Source: Spirochaetia bacterium (GTDB taxonomy: Bacteria > Spirochaetota > Spirochaetia > CADAEX01). Taken from it: a stretch of DNA of 64,000 nucleotides. The position numbers were made by a program, and so were the translations under genes. The first letter of the stretch is position 1. Each line of letters opens with the position of its first letter. Positions 30,327-39,298 of the stretch are shown piece after piece. Below the pieces are notes generated by a model. That model was not told the origin of the DNA. It saw nothing but the letters and a program-made list of their open reading frames with translations, and made no database searches. Where the stretch lies: the NCBI GenBank assembly GCA_045606105.1, contig JAZURI010000003.1, positions 1 through 64,000 of the forward strand. The letters run 5' to 3'.

Positions 30327-31181
30327 TTACCCCGCCAAAGTTGATATATATTTAATAATATAATAATAAACCGGCGCGGTGAAAATAAGGGAATCAATAT
30401 TATCCATTACACCGCCTCTTCCCGGGATGTAATTGGCTGAATCCTTCACATGGGCTGAACGTTTCATGGCTGATTCGATAAGGTCTCCCACCGGAGCTAC
30501 CAGACCGATTACGGAAGCCAGGATAATGGCTGTTACCACATTGTCACCGAACATAGGGGCACCCATATAGAAGATGATGACTGCTCCCACTATAGTCATG
30601 AAGAAACCGCCGATAAATCCGGCAAGGCTTTTCTTCGGGCTGATAGGAAAGATGTTCCTGTTGTTTTTTCCGAGCCACATGCCGAAAACATAGGCAAATA
30701 TGTCGTTCATGAAGATAAGGACCAGGAATCCCACCAATGTCCAGGATGGATCTGGCAGGGATGTGAGTCTTACCGTATATGAGAAGAAGAATCCGGGATA
30801 GAAAATAAGGAGAAGGAGGGCCGTGATTTTCTTGTTGATATCATCGAACCTGCTTTCGTCCCTGATAAAGGCCTGACGCGCGAAAATCAGGAAAATCATC
30901 ACTCCCATGGCTGCGAAAATAGTATTCTGAGGAATAAGTGATGCACACTCAAGATAAGTGATAAGGGAAATTACGGCCGGAATGTAGACAACCGGTGTAT
31001 TTGCCCTGTGTTCCCCTTTGCCGGTAATGATTTTCCACATTTCCAGGGATCCTGCCATCATGAGAAGGAAGCTGAAAAAATGGGTGAATGCATGGTTATA
31101 GAAAGGAACAAGGAAAATTAAAGCAAAGAGTGCAGGTATGACTGTAAAGATAAGCAAGATTCTGAGTTTTAAGTTTGACAT
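30327..31181 (-). CDS. cdsA: Phosphatidate cytidylyltransferase
   Basis: ISPKKS, GDLIESAMKR...KDS...PGRGGVMD.IDS. Confidence 0.95.
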   Translation of the reverse strand: MSNLKLRILLIFTVIPALFALIFLVPFYNHAFTHFFSFLLMMAGSLEMWKIITGKGEHRANTPVVYIPAVISLITYLECASLIPQNTIFAAMGVMIFLIFARQAFIRDESRFDDINKKITALLLLIFYPGFFFSYTVRLTSLPDPSWTLVGFLVLIFMNDIFAYVFGMWLGKNNRNIFPISPKKSLAGFIGGFFMTIVGAVIIFYMGAPMFGDNVVTAIILASVIGLVAPVGDLIESAMKRSAHVKDSANYIPGRGGVMDNIDSLIFTAPVYYYIIKYISTLAG

Positions 31182-31885
31182 TTGGTTCCCTCCTGTACTG
31201 CACCGAATCTTCTGGATCTGCTGCAGTATGCTTTTACTGCCTCCTCAAGGTCTTCACCCTGCCACTGAGGCCAGTATTTGTTGCTGAAGTAGAATTCGCT
31301 GTAGGCACTTTCCCAGAGAAGGAAATTGCTTAAACGGAGCTCACCGCCGGTACGGATGATAAGGTCGGGATCCGGGATTTCCGGCTGGTCCATGGCACCG
31401 GACAGAAGCTGTTCGGTGATTTCGCCGCAGCCCTCAGCCATAAGCCTGTTTACGGCCCGGACTATTTCGTCACGGCCTCCGTAGTTTATGACCAGGTTTG
31501 CAGTCATTCCCGTAAAGCCGGCAGTAAGCCTCTCTACCTCTCTGATTTCTTCCTGAACTGCCTGAGGCAGCCTTTTCAGATCTCCCGTGTGGACAACCCT
31601 TATATTGTTTTCCCTATAAAAGTCGTATTCCGCCTTCAGGTGCATCCTTATAAGCTGCATGAGAAACGATACCTCTGTTTCGGACCGTTTCCAGTTTTCT
31701 GTGGAAAAGGTATAGAGGGAGAGGTACTTTATACCCATGTCGTTGGCTGCCTTTGCAATACGCTTGGCAGTACGGACTCCCTCTGAATGACCGAAGGTGC
31801 GGGGTTTCCCCTGCTCCTTGGCCCAACGGCCGTTACCGTCCATTATTATTCCCACATGTACAGGCAGATTTTCAGAAATCATCAT
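31169..31885 (-). CDS. uppS: Undecaprenyl diphosphate synthase
   Basis: IIMDGNGRWA, FSTENWKR, DLIIRTGGE.RLSNFLLW. Confidence 0.97.
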   Translation of the reverse strand: MMISENLPVHVGIIMDGNGRWAKEQGKPRTFGHSEGVRTAKRIAKAANDMGIKYLSLYTFSTENWKRSETEVSFLMQLIRMHLKAEYDFYRENNIRVVHTGDLKRLPQAVQEEIREVERLTAGFTGMTANLVINYGGRDEIVRAVNRLMAEGCGEITEQLLSGAMDQPEIPDPDLIIRTGGELRLSNFLLWESAYSEFYFSNKYWPQWQGEDLEEAVKAYCSRSRRFGAVQEGTKCQT

Positions 31886-32436
31886 ATTTCCATAATTTCT
31901 TTTTCTTTAGCCTCAGCAATCTTGTTGATTTCGCCGATGTACTTGTCTGTCATCTTCTGGATGTTGTCGGATCCGGTCTTTTCCTGATCCTCGCTGATTT
32001 CGCTGCTCTTGAGTTTCTTCTTCAGCTCATCGTTGGCATCCCTGCGGATGTTTCTGATTGCAACACGGCTGCTTTCGGCAATGTTCTTTGCCTGTTTTGC
32101 CAGCTCTTTTCTTCTCTGCTCTGTGAGAGGAGGAATGTTCAATCTGATAACCTTTCCGTCATTGTTCGGATTGAGAGACAGGTCTGACTGGAGAATTGCT
32201 TTTTCGATATCCTTCATGATGCTCTTGTCCCAAGGCTGGATTGTTACCAGTCTTGCCTCAGGAACAGAGATTGTTGCCACCTGGTTGAGTGGTGTAGGTT
32301 TTCCGAAATAGTTAACAGTGACTTTATCAAAAAGTGATGCAGAAGCCCGTCCTGTTCTGATTGCGCCAAGCTCTTCAGTCAGGGCAGCAATGGATTTTTT
32401 CATTTTTTCTTCTGTTTTAGCTTTTACTGTTTCCAT
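31882..32436 (-). CDS. frr: Ribosome recycling factor
   Basis: IRTGRA, PPLTEQRR, IRNIRRD. Confidence 0.98.
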   Translation of the reverse strand: METVKAKTEEKMKKSIAALTEELGAIRTGRASASLFDKVTVNYFGKPTPLNQVATISVPEARLVTIQPWDKSIMKDIEKAILQSDLSLNPNNDGKVIRLNIPPLTEQRRKELAKQAKNIAESSRVAIRNIRRDANDELKKKLKSSEISEDQEKTGSDNIQKMTDKYIGEINKIAEAKEKEIMEI

Positions 32437-32454
32437 AGTTATCTCTTTTCGGAA

Positions 32455-33297
32455 TTAAGCATTGTCACCAAGTCTGTAGTAAACGTATTCAACGATTTCA
32501 AGCTTTGTGCCTGCAGCTTTTGCAGTTTCGGCAAGAACCTGTGATACCTTCTTCTTGTCATCCTTAACAAACGGCTGCTCTATGAAACAGATTTCAGCAA
32601 GGTGCTTGTTGAGTTTTCCCTTGATGATTCCTGCGATTACGTTGGCCGGCTTGTCCAGACCTTCAGCCTGCTTTGTGAAGATTTCTTCCTGCTCCTTGAT
32701 GTACTGTGGATCAACCTTGTCTGCTGAGAGAGCTACAGGGTTGAAAGCAGCAATGTGGAGAGCACAGTCGAAAGCAAATGCCTTTACAGCTTCGTTTTCG
32801 AATGCAGCCTTGTCTTCTGCCTTGAATTTTACGATAACACCGATGTTTCCCACACCGTGTACGTAGTTGATTGCATATTCGTTGTCAGCAACGTCGAGAA
32901 CTGTGAATCTTGCAAGAGCCATGTTCTCCTTGATTGTTGCGATAGCTTCCTTAACCATAAGCTCAAGCTTTTCTGTGATGGCTGTAGCGCCTGATGCAAG
33001 GATTTCATCTGCAATTTCGTTTCCGAGAGCGATGAATTTCTCGTTTCTTGCAACAAAGTCTGTTTCGCAGGAGAGCTCCAGGATAACTGCCTTTCCGTCC
33101 TTGATAACTGTGAAGATCTTTCCTTCTTTAGTTGCTCTTTCACTTCTTTTTGCTGCAGCTGCAAGTCCCTTTTCCTTGAGGATCTTCACTGCTTTTTCGA
33201 AATCGCATTCTGCTTCGATGAGAGCCTTCTTGCAGTCTCCCATTCCTGCTCCTGTCTGATCTCTGAGCTTTTTTACATCGGTAGGTTTGACTTCCAT
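32455..33297 (-). CDS. tsf: Elongation factor Ts
   Basis: VKKLRDQTGAGMGDCKKAL, CETDFVARN. Confidence 0.98.
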   Translation of the reverse strand: MEVKPTDVKKLRDQTGAGMGDCKKALIEAECDFEKAVKILKEKGLAAAAKRSERATKEGKIFTVIKDGKAVILELSCETDFVARNEKFIALGNEIADEILASGATAITEKLELMVKEAIATIKENMALARFTVLDVADNEYAINYVHGVGNIGVIVKFKAEDKAAFENEAVKAFAFDCALHIAAFNPVALSADKVDPQYIKEQEEIFTKQAEGLDKPANVIAGIIKGKLNKHLAEICFIEQPFVKDDKKKVSQVLAETAKAAGTKLEIVEYVYYRLGDNA

Positions 33298-33312
33298 ATA
33301 TATTCTCCTATC

Positions 33313-34218
33313 TTATTTGTCTTCGTAGTATTTGTCTTCTTCGATTCCGTCGTCGTCATCCTCGTCTTCTTTTTCTTCTGACTCTTCAGGAATGTAGTTT
33401 GAATAATCTTCGGTTGTGTATTTTCCGCCCTTTGATTCTTCAGCAGCTTCTTCTTCAGCTTCATCTTCTGTCTTTTCGGCAGCTTCTTCACCCATGATTT
33501 CGTCATCCTGGATGTTTTCGATTACCTGAAGACCGATTTCGTTGTCAGCTTCGATAACTGCGTTTGCAATGATCTGTGTGAAAAGTGTGATAGCTCTGAT
33601 AGCATCGTCGTTGCCCGGGATAGGGTAGTCGATACCTTCAGGGTTACAGTTTGTATCTACGATAGCTACGATAGGAATGTGACACTTTCTTGCTTCTGCA
33701 ACAGCGATTGCTTCCTTCTTTGTATCGATGATGAAGATAACTCCAGGGAGATCCTTCATGTCCTTGATACCGCAGAGGTTCTTCTCAAGCTTTACCTTTT
33801 CTTTGAGAAGAAGAGCTACTTCCTTCTTTGTAAGGCTTTCGAATGTACCGTCAATTTCCATCTTTTCGATTTTTTTGAGGCGAAGAATTGATTTTTTGAT
33901 TGTTGCGAAGTTTGTGAGCATACCGCCGAGCCATCTGTTGTTAACATAGTACATGTTACATCTTTCGGCTTCTTTCTGTACTGCAAGCTGAGCCTGCTTC
34001 TTTGTACCGATGAAAAGAACGGATTTTCCGTCTTTTACTGTTGATCTGATGAACTCATAAGCATCCTTGATGGCTGTTATGGTCTTCTGAAGATCGATGA
34101 TGTGAATTCCGTTGCGCTCTGCAAAAATGAACTTTTTCATTCTTGGGTCCCAACGTTTTGTCTGATGTCCGAAATGAACACCGGATTCCAGCAGATTTTT
34201 CATTGTTACTACTGCCAT
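33313..34218 (-). CDS. rpsB: 30S ribosomal protein S2 with acidic C-terminal tail
   Basis: [32 protein letters not shown]; SD aggagg before ATG 34218. Confidence 0.98.
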   Translation of the reverse strand: MAVVTMKNLLESGVHFGHQTKRWDPRMKKFIFAERNGIHIIDLQKTITAIKDAYEFIRSTVKDGKSVLFIGTKKQAQLAVQKEAERCNMYYVNNRWLGGMLTNFATIKKSILRLKKIEKMEIDGTFESLTKKEVALLLKEKVKLEKNLCGIKDMKDLPGVIFIIDTKKEAIAVAEARKCHIPIVAIVDTNCNPEGIDYPIPGNDDAIRAITLFTQIIANAVIEADNEIGLQVIENIQDDEIMGEEAAEKTEDEAEEEAAEESKGGKYTTEDYSNYIPEESEEKEDEDDDDGIEEDKYYEDK

Positions 34219-34284
34219 TTTTTCCTCCTGATTTACGGTGCTTTTCACCGTTCCGTCTCTTTTTCTCGTATCTCGCTCTGAAAG

Positions 34285-34872
34285 TCAGAGTCCGACCGGA
34301 TAATGATTTTCCTGTATTATAGTAAAAAACTTTCTTAATGGCAACCCTATGACATTACTGTAGGAGCCGATAATTTTCTCCACCAGCAGTGCTCCCTTGT
34401 GCTGTATGCGGTAAGCACCTGCCGCCCCTTCCCATTCGCCAGTGGAAAGATACCATTTTATTTCTTCCTCTGAGAGGGATGCGATCCTGACGGTTGTAAC
34501 ATCGGAAGCAGAAAGTACGGTTCCTGTTTCACGGTTCATGAAGGCTACTCCCGAAATTACCTGATGCTCCCGTCCCGAAAGCTGCCGGAGAAAGCTTTCC
34601 GCTTCGGTTATGTCCCTTGGTTTTCCCATGGGCTTTCCGTCAAGGATAACAAGTGTGTCGGCAGCCGCTATCCATTTTTCGGGTCTGGTCCTGTTGTCGG
34701 CATGGGACTGCAGCGCCTTCCTGACCGCCAGCTCCTCTATTTCCTTTTCAGGCTCCAGCCAGGGAATGGTTTCGTCTGTCTGAGCCGGAATGCAGATGTG
34801 GGGAAGTCCGATTTCGGTGAACATTTCGTCCCGCCCCTTTGACCTTGATGCAAGTATGATGGTTTCGTTCAT
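34285..34872 (-). CDS. maf: Maf family nucleoside triphosphate pyrophosphatase
   Basis: IILASRS..R, AADT, GKP, AGAYRIQ, SNVIGLP. Confidence 0.93.
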   Translation of the reverse strand: MNETIILASRSKGRDEMFTEIGLPHICIPAQTDETIPWLEPEKEIEELAVRKALQSHADNRTRPEKWIAAADTLVILDGKPMGKPRDITEAESFLRQLSGREHQVISGVAFMNRETGTVLSASDVTTVRIASLSEEEIKWYLSTGEWEGAAGAYRIQHKGALLVEKIIGSYSNVIGLPLRKFFTIIQENHYPVGL

Positions 34873-34950
34873 GAAGATAATCTAACAAAATTTAAAAAAA
34901 TTTCATAGGTGTGTCATTATTTGAGACACCGGACACTTTATATAAGATGT

Positions 34951-35196
34951 ATGATATCGAAACCCGGAAACAATCTCAGGATGCTGAGAAGAAGGAAAGG
35001 GCTGCTCCAGAAGGAACTGGCAGATCAGTCCGGTGTGGAACTAAGGACAATCCAGAGCTACGAACAGGGTAATAGAGAACTTGATAACAGTGAACTTGAA
35101 AATGTTCTCCGTCTGGCCATAGCTCTTGATTGTGCGGTATCAGATCTTCTTTCGGATGAAAAGCTGAAGGAACTCTGCAGGAAGGCCCGGCTCTGA
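34951..35196 (+). CDS. XRE-family helix-turn-helix protein
   Basis: LRMLRRRKGLLQKELA..SGV..RTIQSYEQG.R...LAIALDC; start uncertain. Confidence 0.85.
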   Translation: MISKPGNNLRMLRRRKGLLQKELADQSGVELRTIQSYEQGNRELDNSELENVLRLAIALDCAVSDLLSDEKLKELCRKARL

Positions 35197-35208
35197 CCGG
35201 GTTTTTTT
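35185..35208 (+). terminator. Rho-independent terminator after the XRE gene
   Basis: gcccgg-ctctga-ccgggt hairpin followed by a T run. Confidence 0.65.
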
Positions 35209-35226
35209 GTCATATTTCAGGGATTT

Positions 35227-35318
35227 GCCAAACACCCGAATAAAAAATCGCCAACTTACCGAATGAAAAAACGTCAGATACCCGAATGAAATCTTGCCAG
35301 ATACCCGAATGAGGTGTA
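35227..35318. repeat. Four imperfect tandem 23-bp direct repeats, core CCGAAT
   Basis: gccaaacacccgaataaaaaatc / gccaacttaccgaatgaaaaaac / gtcagatacccgaatgaaatctt / gccagatacccgaatgaggtgta; CCGAAT at 35236, 35259, 35282, 35305. Confidence 0.85.
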
Positions 35319-35414
35319 AGAACCGAAAAAAGTTTAAATTTTGGGGTTTCCGTAATGGTATCACTTCGGGAAAAGTAGTATATATATCTTATACTTTTTA
35401 TAAGAGAGGCAGCT

Positions 35415-36317
35415 ATGAAATTATCAAGTCTTATCAGGGAAGAAAATATCATTATCGGCAGCAATGTTTCTACCAGGGAACAGGCGATAGATGAAATGTA
35501 TTCTCTCCTGGCAAAGCGCTACAGACATGAACTCAGCGGCGTAAGCGATCCTTATAAGAACATCATGGAGAGGGAGAGCCTGGGCGGTACCGTTTTTCCA
35601 AGCGGAATAGCTATTCCCCATGCCCGTCTCGATAACTTTGACGATCTTATCATTTCCATTCTCATCCCGGCAAAACCGGTAAGGTGCGATAATGTGGAGG
35701 TACGTATCTTTGTCCTTATTCTTACATCAAAGACAGTTTCCAATACCTATCTCAACACTCTTGCAACCTTCATGAAGCTTTCCAGGAAGAAGGAGCTTTT
35801 CGGTGAATGGGCATCCTGCAGGGAGCCTGAACTCATGAAGAAGTTCTTTGACGACAACGACATAAGAATCAAGGAAGTAATTACTGTGGAGGATATCATG
35901 TCCACCGATGTTGTTACGGTAAGACAGGAGTCCACCATCAGGGAGCTTATCGATATTTTCTACAAGCACAATCTCGGATTCCTTCCGGTGGTCAATGACG
36001 AGGGGAACCTGATAGGAGAGGTGAACATCATGGCTGTCCTTCAGAAAAGCATTCCCGATTATGCGGCCCAGATGGCCAATCTCAAGTTCCTCAGCAGCTT
36101 TGAGCCTCTGGAAAGGCTTTTCCGCGAAGAGGACGAGGTTAAGGTGGCAGAAATCATGACTCCTCCTACCATTGTATTTACAAAGGAAGATACCCTTTTT
36201 GCCGCCACCATGGATTTTATCAGTAACCAGCGCCGTCACATTCCGGTGGTGGAGGGGAAGAAAATCGTGGGAATAGTAACTCTCAAGGATATTCTCCAGA
36301 AGGTTCTGAGGGGGTAG
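35415..36317 (+). CDS. PTS EIIA (Ntr/Fru-type) domain fused to a CBS pair
   Basis: ERE..GGT....GIAIPHAR phospho-His motif, then two CBS repeats (VEDIMS..., FLPVV; VAEIM..., HIPVV..GIVT..D). Confidence 0.88.
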   Translation: MKLSSLIREENIIIGSNVSTREQAIDEMYSLLAKRYRHELSGVSDPYKNIMERESLGGTVFPSGIAIPHARLDNFDDLIISILIPAKPVRCDNVEVRIFVLILTSKTVSNTYLNTLATFMKLSRKKELFGEWASCREPELMKKFFDDNDIRIKEVITVEDIMSTDVVTVRQESTIRELIDIFYKHNLGFLPVVNDEGNLIGEVNIMAVLQKSIPDYAAQMANLKFLSSFEPLERLFREEDEVKVAEIMTPPTIVFTKEDTLFAATMDFISNQRRHIPVVEGKKIVGIVTLKDILQKVLRG

Positions 36318-36319
36318 TG

Positions 36320-37597
36320 ATGTCTCTCATTATTGTTTCTGCTGCAATTTTTCTGGTTGTATACATATTCATCTCAACAGAGCTGATGAACAAGACCATA
36401 GTTGCCCTTTTCGGTGCCGCCGTTTATCTGGTGCTCCGGATAATAGACAGTGATGTGGCCTACGGTATCATTGACTGGAATGTTATTTTCCTTCTGGTAA
36501 GCATGATGATAATAGTGGGTATAACCAAGGAGACCGGTGTTTTCCAGTATGTGGCGGTAAAGGCTGCCAAGGCGGTGAAGGGTGAGCCGGTAAAGATCCT
36601 GATAATGCTTTCCATCATCACAGCTGTTTTTTCCGCATTCCTGGACAATGTGACCACAGTACTTATCATTGCGCCGATTACCATCCTCATTGCTGTTGAG
36701 CTTGGTATCTCGCCGATTCCGTTCATTATAAATATAGCCCTTGCTTCAAATATCGGCGGTACAGCCACTCTTATCGGAGACCCGCCAAACATCATGATCG
36801 GAAGCAAGGCCGGGTTCTCATTTCTGCAGTTCCTGGTGGTTCTGGGACCTCTGGTTCTGTTTCTTCTCGGTTTTTTTTCTCTTCTTCTCTGGATTATTTT
36901 CAGGAAAAGCCTCAGGGTTTCCCATGAAAGAAAGGCCAGAATCCTGGAATTTGACGAAAAGAAAGCCATTGCCGACAAGAAACTGCTGATAAAGTGCGGT
37001 TTTATCATGGGGCTGGTCATTACAGGCTTCATCCTTCACGGGGTGCTTCATCTGGAGGCTTCGGTTATCGCCCTTTTCGGTGCCACCCTTCTCATGGTCA
37101 TTTCGGGAAAGAAGGATATAGATGAGATTGTGAAGGATGTGGAGTGGGGAACAATCCTGTTCTTTGTGGGACTTTTCATCATGGTAGGGGGACTGGTTGA
37201 AACCGGTGCCATCAAGCTGGCCTCCGAAAAGCTTCTGGCTATCACAGCAGGTGATGTGGAGAAGACCTCGGTTCTCATGATCTGGGCTTCCGGTATTTTC
37301 TCTGCGGTGGTGGATAACATCCCTTATGTTGCAACCATGATTCCTATGGTCTCAGAAATGGAAGCAGCCATGGGAAGTGCAGCCATTGCTCCTGTATGGT
37401 GGTCGCTGGCCCTGGGTTCCTGTCTCGGAGGAAACGGTACCCTGGTGGGCGCCTCTGCCAATGTTGTGGCTGCAGGTATTGCAGGGAAGAGCGGTTTCAA
37501 GATCACATTCTGGGAATTTACCAGATACAGCTTCCTGATAATGCTGCTTACATTGCTGTTTGCCAACATCTATATCAAGTTGATTTTTTTTATGTAA
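36320..37597 (+). CDS. ArsB/NhaD (SLC13-like) ion transporter
   Basis: IDWNVI, SAFLDNVTTV, SNIGG.ATLIGDPPN, VDNIP, GGNGT.VGASAN. Confidence 0.9.
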   Translation: MSLIIVSAAIFLVVYIFISTELMNKTIVALFGAAVYLVLRIIDSDVAYGIIDWNVIFLLVSMMIIVGITKETGVFQYVAVKAAKAVKGEPVKILIMLSIITAVFSAFLDNVTTVLIIAPITILIAVELGISPIPFIINIALASNIGGTATLIGDPPNIMIGSKAGFSFLQFLVVLGPLVLFLLGFFSLLLWIIFRKSLRVSHERKARILEFDEKKAIADKKLLIKCGFIMGLVITGFILHGVLHLEASVIALFGATLLMVISGKKDIDEIVKDVEWGTILFFVGLFIMVGGLVETGAIKLASEKLLAITAGDVEKTSVLMIWASGIFSAVVDNIPYVATMIPMVSEMEAAMGSAAIAPVWWSLALGSCLGGNGTLVGASANVVAAGIAGKSGFKITFWEFTRYSFLIMLLTLLFANIYIKLIFFM

Positions 37598-37618
37598 GGT
37601 GTTATACTGTAAACAAGT

Positions 37619-38227
37619 ATGCAGAAAATTATCGCGGCTGTGAACAGAAAGGCCGAGGAGCTTCTGAGAGAATCAAGGAGAAAGGCTATACATGCCCTTA
37701 TCGCTTTTGTTCCTCTCATTGCATTCCTCAGCATGAATCTGGCAGCAGTTCTTTTGCTGTCAGGTATTGTGGTTTATGCCTGGTCTGAATTTGCCCGTCT
37801 TGAGGGAAAACGCATTTTTATCATCTCGGATATAAAGGATCTTGTTTTCAGGAAACAGGATGTAAACCGTTTTGCCATGGCTCCCGTAACCCTGGCTCTC
37901 GGTGCACTCTGTTCTCTTTTTCTTTTCGAGCCTCAGATTGCGGCCGCATCCATATATTCCCTGGCTTTCGGTGACAGCTTTGCATGCCTCATGGGAAAAA
38001 GCTTCGGAAAGACAAGGATTCCCTTTGCCGGCGAAAAGACCTATGTGGGCTTCATGTCCTGCTTCGTTACCGTGTTCTTCATCACCTACGGAATGTTCGG
38101 GATGAATCCTCTCCTGGCGGCTGCCGCAGCCCTGACTGCAGCCCTGGCCGAGCTCATGCCTGCCGGAGATTATGACAACCTTATCCTTCCGTTAGCGGTA
38201 GGAACTGTCCTTTCTCTTCTTATCTGA
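37619..38227 (+). CDS. Dolichol/phytol kinase-like CTP-dependent membrane protein
   Basis: RKAIH, LAFGDSFA.LMG..FG, KT.VG, DNL.LP. Confidence 0.8.
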   Translation: MQKIIAAVNRKAEELLRESRRKAIHALIAFVPLIAFLSMNLAAVLLLSGIVVYAWSEFARLEGKRIFIISDIKDLVFRKQDVNRFAMAPVTLALGALCSLFLFEPQIAAASIYSLAFGDSFACLMGKSFGKTRIPFAGEKTYVGFMSCFVTVFFITYGMFGMNPLLAAAAALTAALAELMPAGDYDNLILPLAVGTVLSLLI

Positions 38228-38317
38228 AAATTATCTGAAAAAATCTGAAAAATTTTTACTCCTGTAGCATTAGATGACACACCTGTGACACTATTATTGA
38301 CTTAACAGGAGTTAAGT

Positions 38318-38719
38318 ATGAAGAAATTTACATTTTGCGTATGTCTTGCGGCCGCTGCGGCCCTGAGCCTCTACCTTTCATGTACCACCTACAATGGCAC
38401 TGCGGGTCCGGCACCCCATATTTCAGGAATGTATCTCCTTGCCCATCCCTCCGATGTAAGGGAAACCTCTCTATTTGCCCCGGGAGAAAAGATCTTTATT
38501 GAATTCTCTGCCAGTGATTCCGATATGGATATACGGAGGGTGATTATCAGGACAGACGAGGATATTTTCATCTCACTTCCGCCCCAGCCCGAAGAGGAAG
38601 CCCTGTACTATGTATCGGTTCCCGGCCTTGAAAAAGGGAAGCACAGAATCAGCATTTCCGTTGAGGACAGTGCAGGAAACAGGAGCAATGCAGTGGCGGG
38701 AAACGTAACGGTCAGATAG
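38318..38719 (+). CDS. Hypothetical lipoprotein
   Basis: Signal peptide ending LYLS-C; SD aggag; Ig-like C-terminal VEDSAGNRS. Confidence 0.65.
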   Translation: MKKFTFCVCLAAAAALSLYLSCTTYNGTAGPAPHISGMYLLAHPSDVRETSLFAPGEKIFIEFSASDSDMDIRRVIIRTDEDIFISLPPQPEEEALYYVSVPGLEKGKHRISISVEDSAGNRSNAVAGNVTVR

Positions 38720-38821
38720 TATACTTCTGTTTAGTATCCTTGGGTTTTTAGTCTTTTTTCTCCTATTAAATATAAAAAAAAAGGTTGACAATTTTCTCTG
38801 CCTAACCTAATAATTACTTAA

Positions 38822-38856
38822 GTGGTAAATTGTGGTAAATTTTGGTAGAAAGGTGG
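38822..38856 (+). promoter_or_regulatory. MraZ operator: GTGG repeats at about 10-bp spacing
   Basis: gtggtaaatt-gtggtaaatt-ttggtagaaag-gtgg directly before mraZ, downstream of TTGACA at 38785. Confidence 0.8.
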
Positions 38857-38865
38857 AGAAAGTAG

Positions 38866-39297
38866 GTGATTTTTTCTAATAATTTGGATGACAAGGGGAG
38901 ATTGATGCTTCCTGCCAAATTGCGCTCCGAGATAAAAGGGAATACTCTGGTCATTACCCAGAGCATAGACCGTTGTCTTTGGGTATTCACCGCCGACAGA
39001 TGGGCTGAGGTTGTAAAAAGGATTACCGAAGCTTCATCCATGCTCCAGTCCAAGAAAAGAATCATGATGCGTCGTATCCTGGCTCCGGCTCAGGAGGTTG
39101 AGATTGACAAGACAGGGCGTATCAACATTGCTCCTACACTCAGGGAATATGCGGGACTTTCCAAGGAATGCCTCATCTACGAAATGAACACAGTTATCGA
39201 AATCTGGGATAAAAAGGTTCTTGAGAAATTTGAGGAGGAGGAGCAGGCTGTCATCAAGGAAGCATCTGAGGATCTCGGACAGTTTGTTCTTATTTAA
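38866..39297 (+). CDS. mraZ: Division/cell wall cluster repressor MraZ
   Basis: LDDKGRL.LPAKLR and IDKTGRI repeats, IEIWD. Confidence 0.95.
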   Translation: MIFSNNLDDKGRLMLPAKLRSEIKGNTLVITQSIDRCLWVFTADRWAEVVKRITEASSMLQSKKRIMMRRILAPAQEVEIDKTGRINIAPTLREYAGLSKECLIYEMNTVIEIWDKKVLEKFEEEEQAVIKEASEDLGQFVLI

Positions 39298-39298
39298 T

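Noticed and set aside
35227-35318. Possible CRISPR array
   Set aside because: The period is only 23 bp with no unique spacers, the repeats are degenerate and no cas genes are nearby; kept as a tandem repeat
38220-38252. Three copies of atctgaaaa after the kinase-like gene
   Set aside because: Short AT-rich slippage-type duplication around a stop codon; no further support for function
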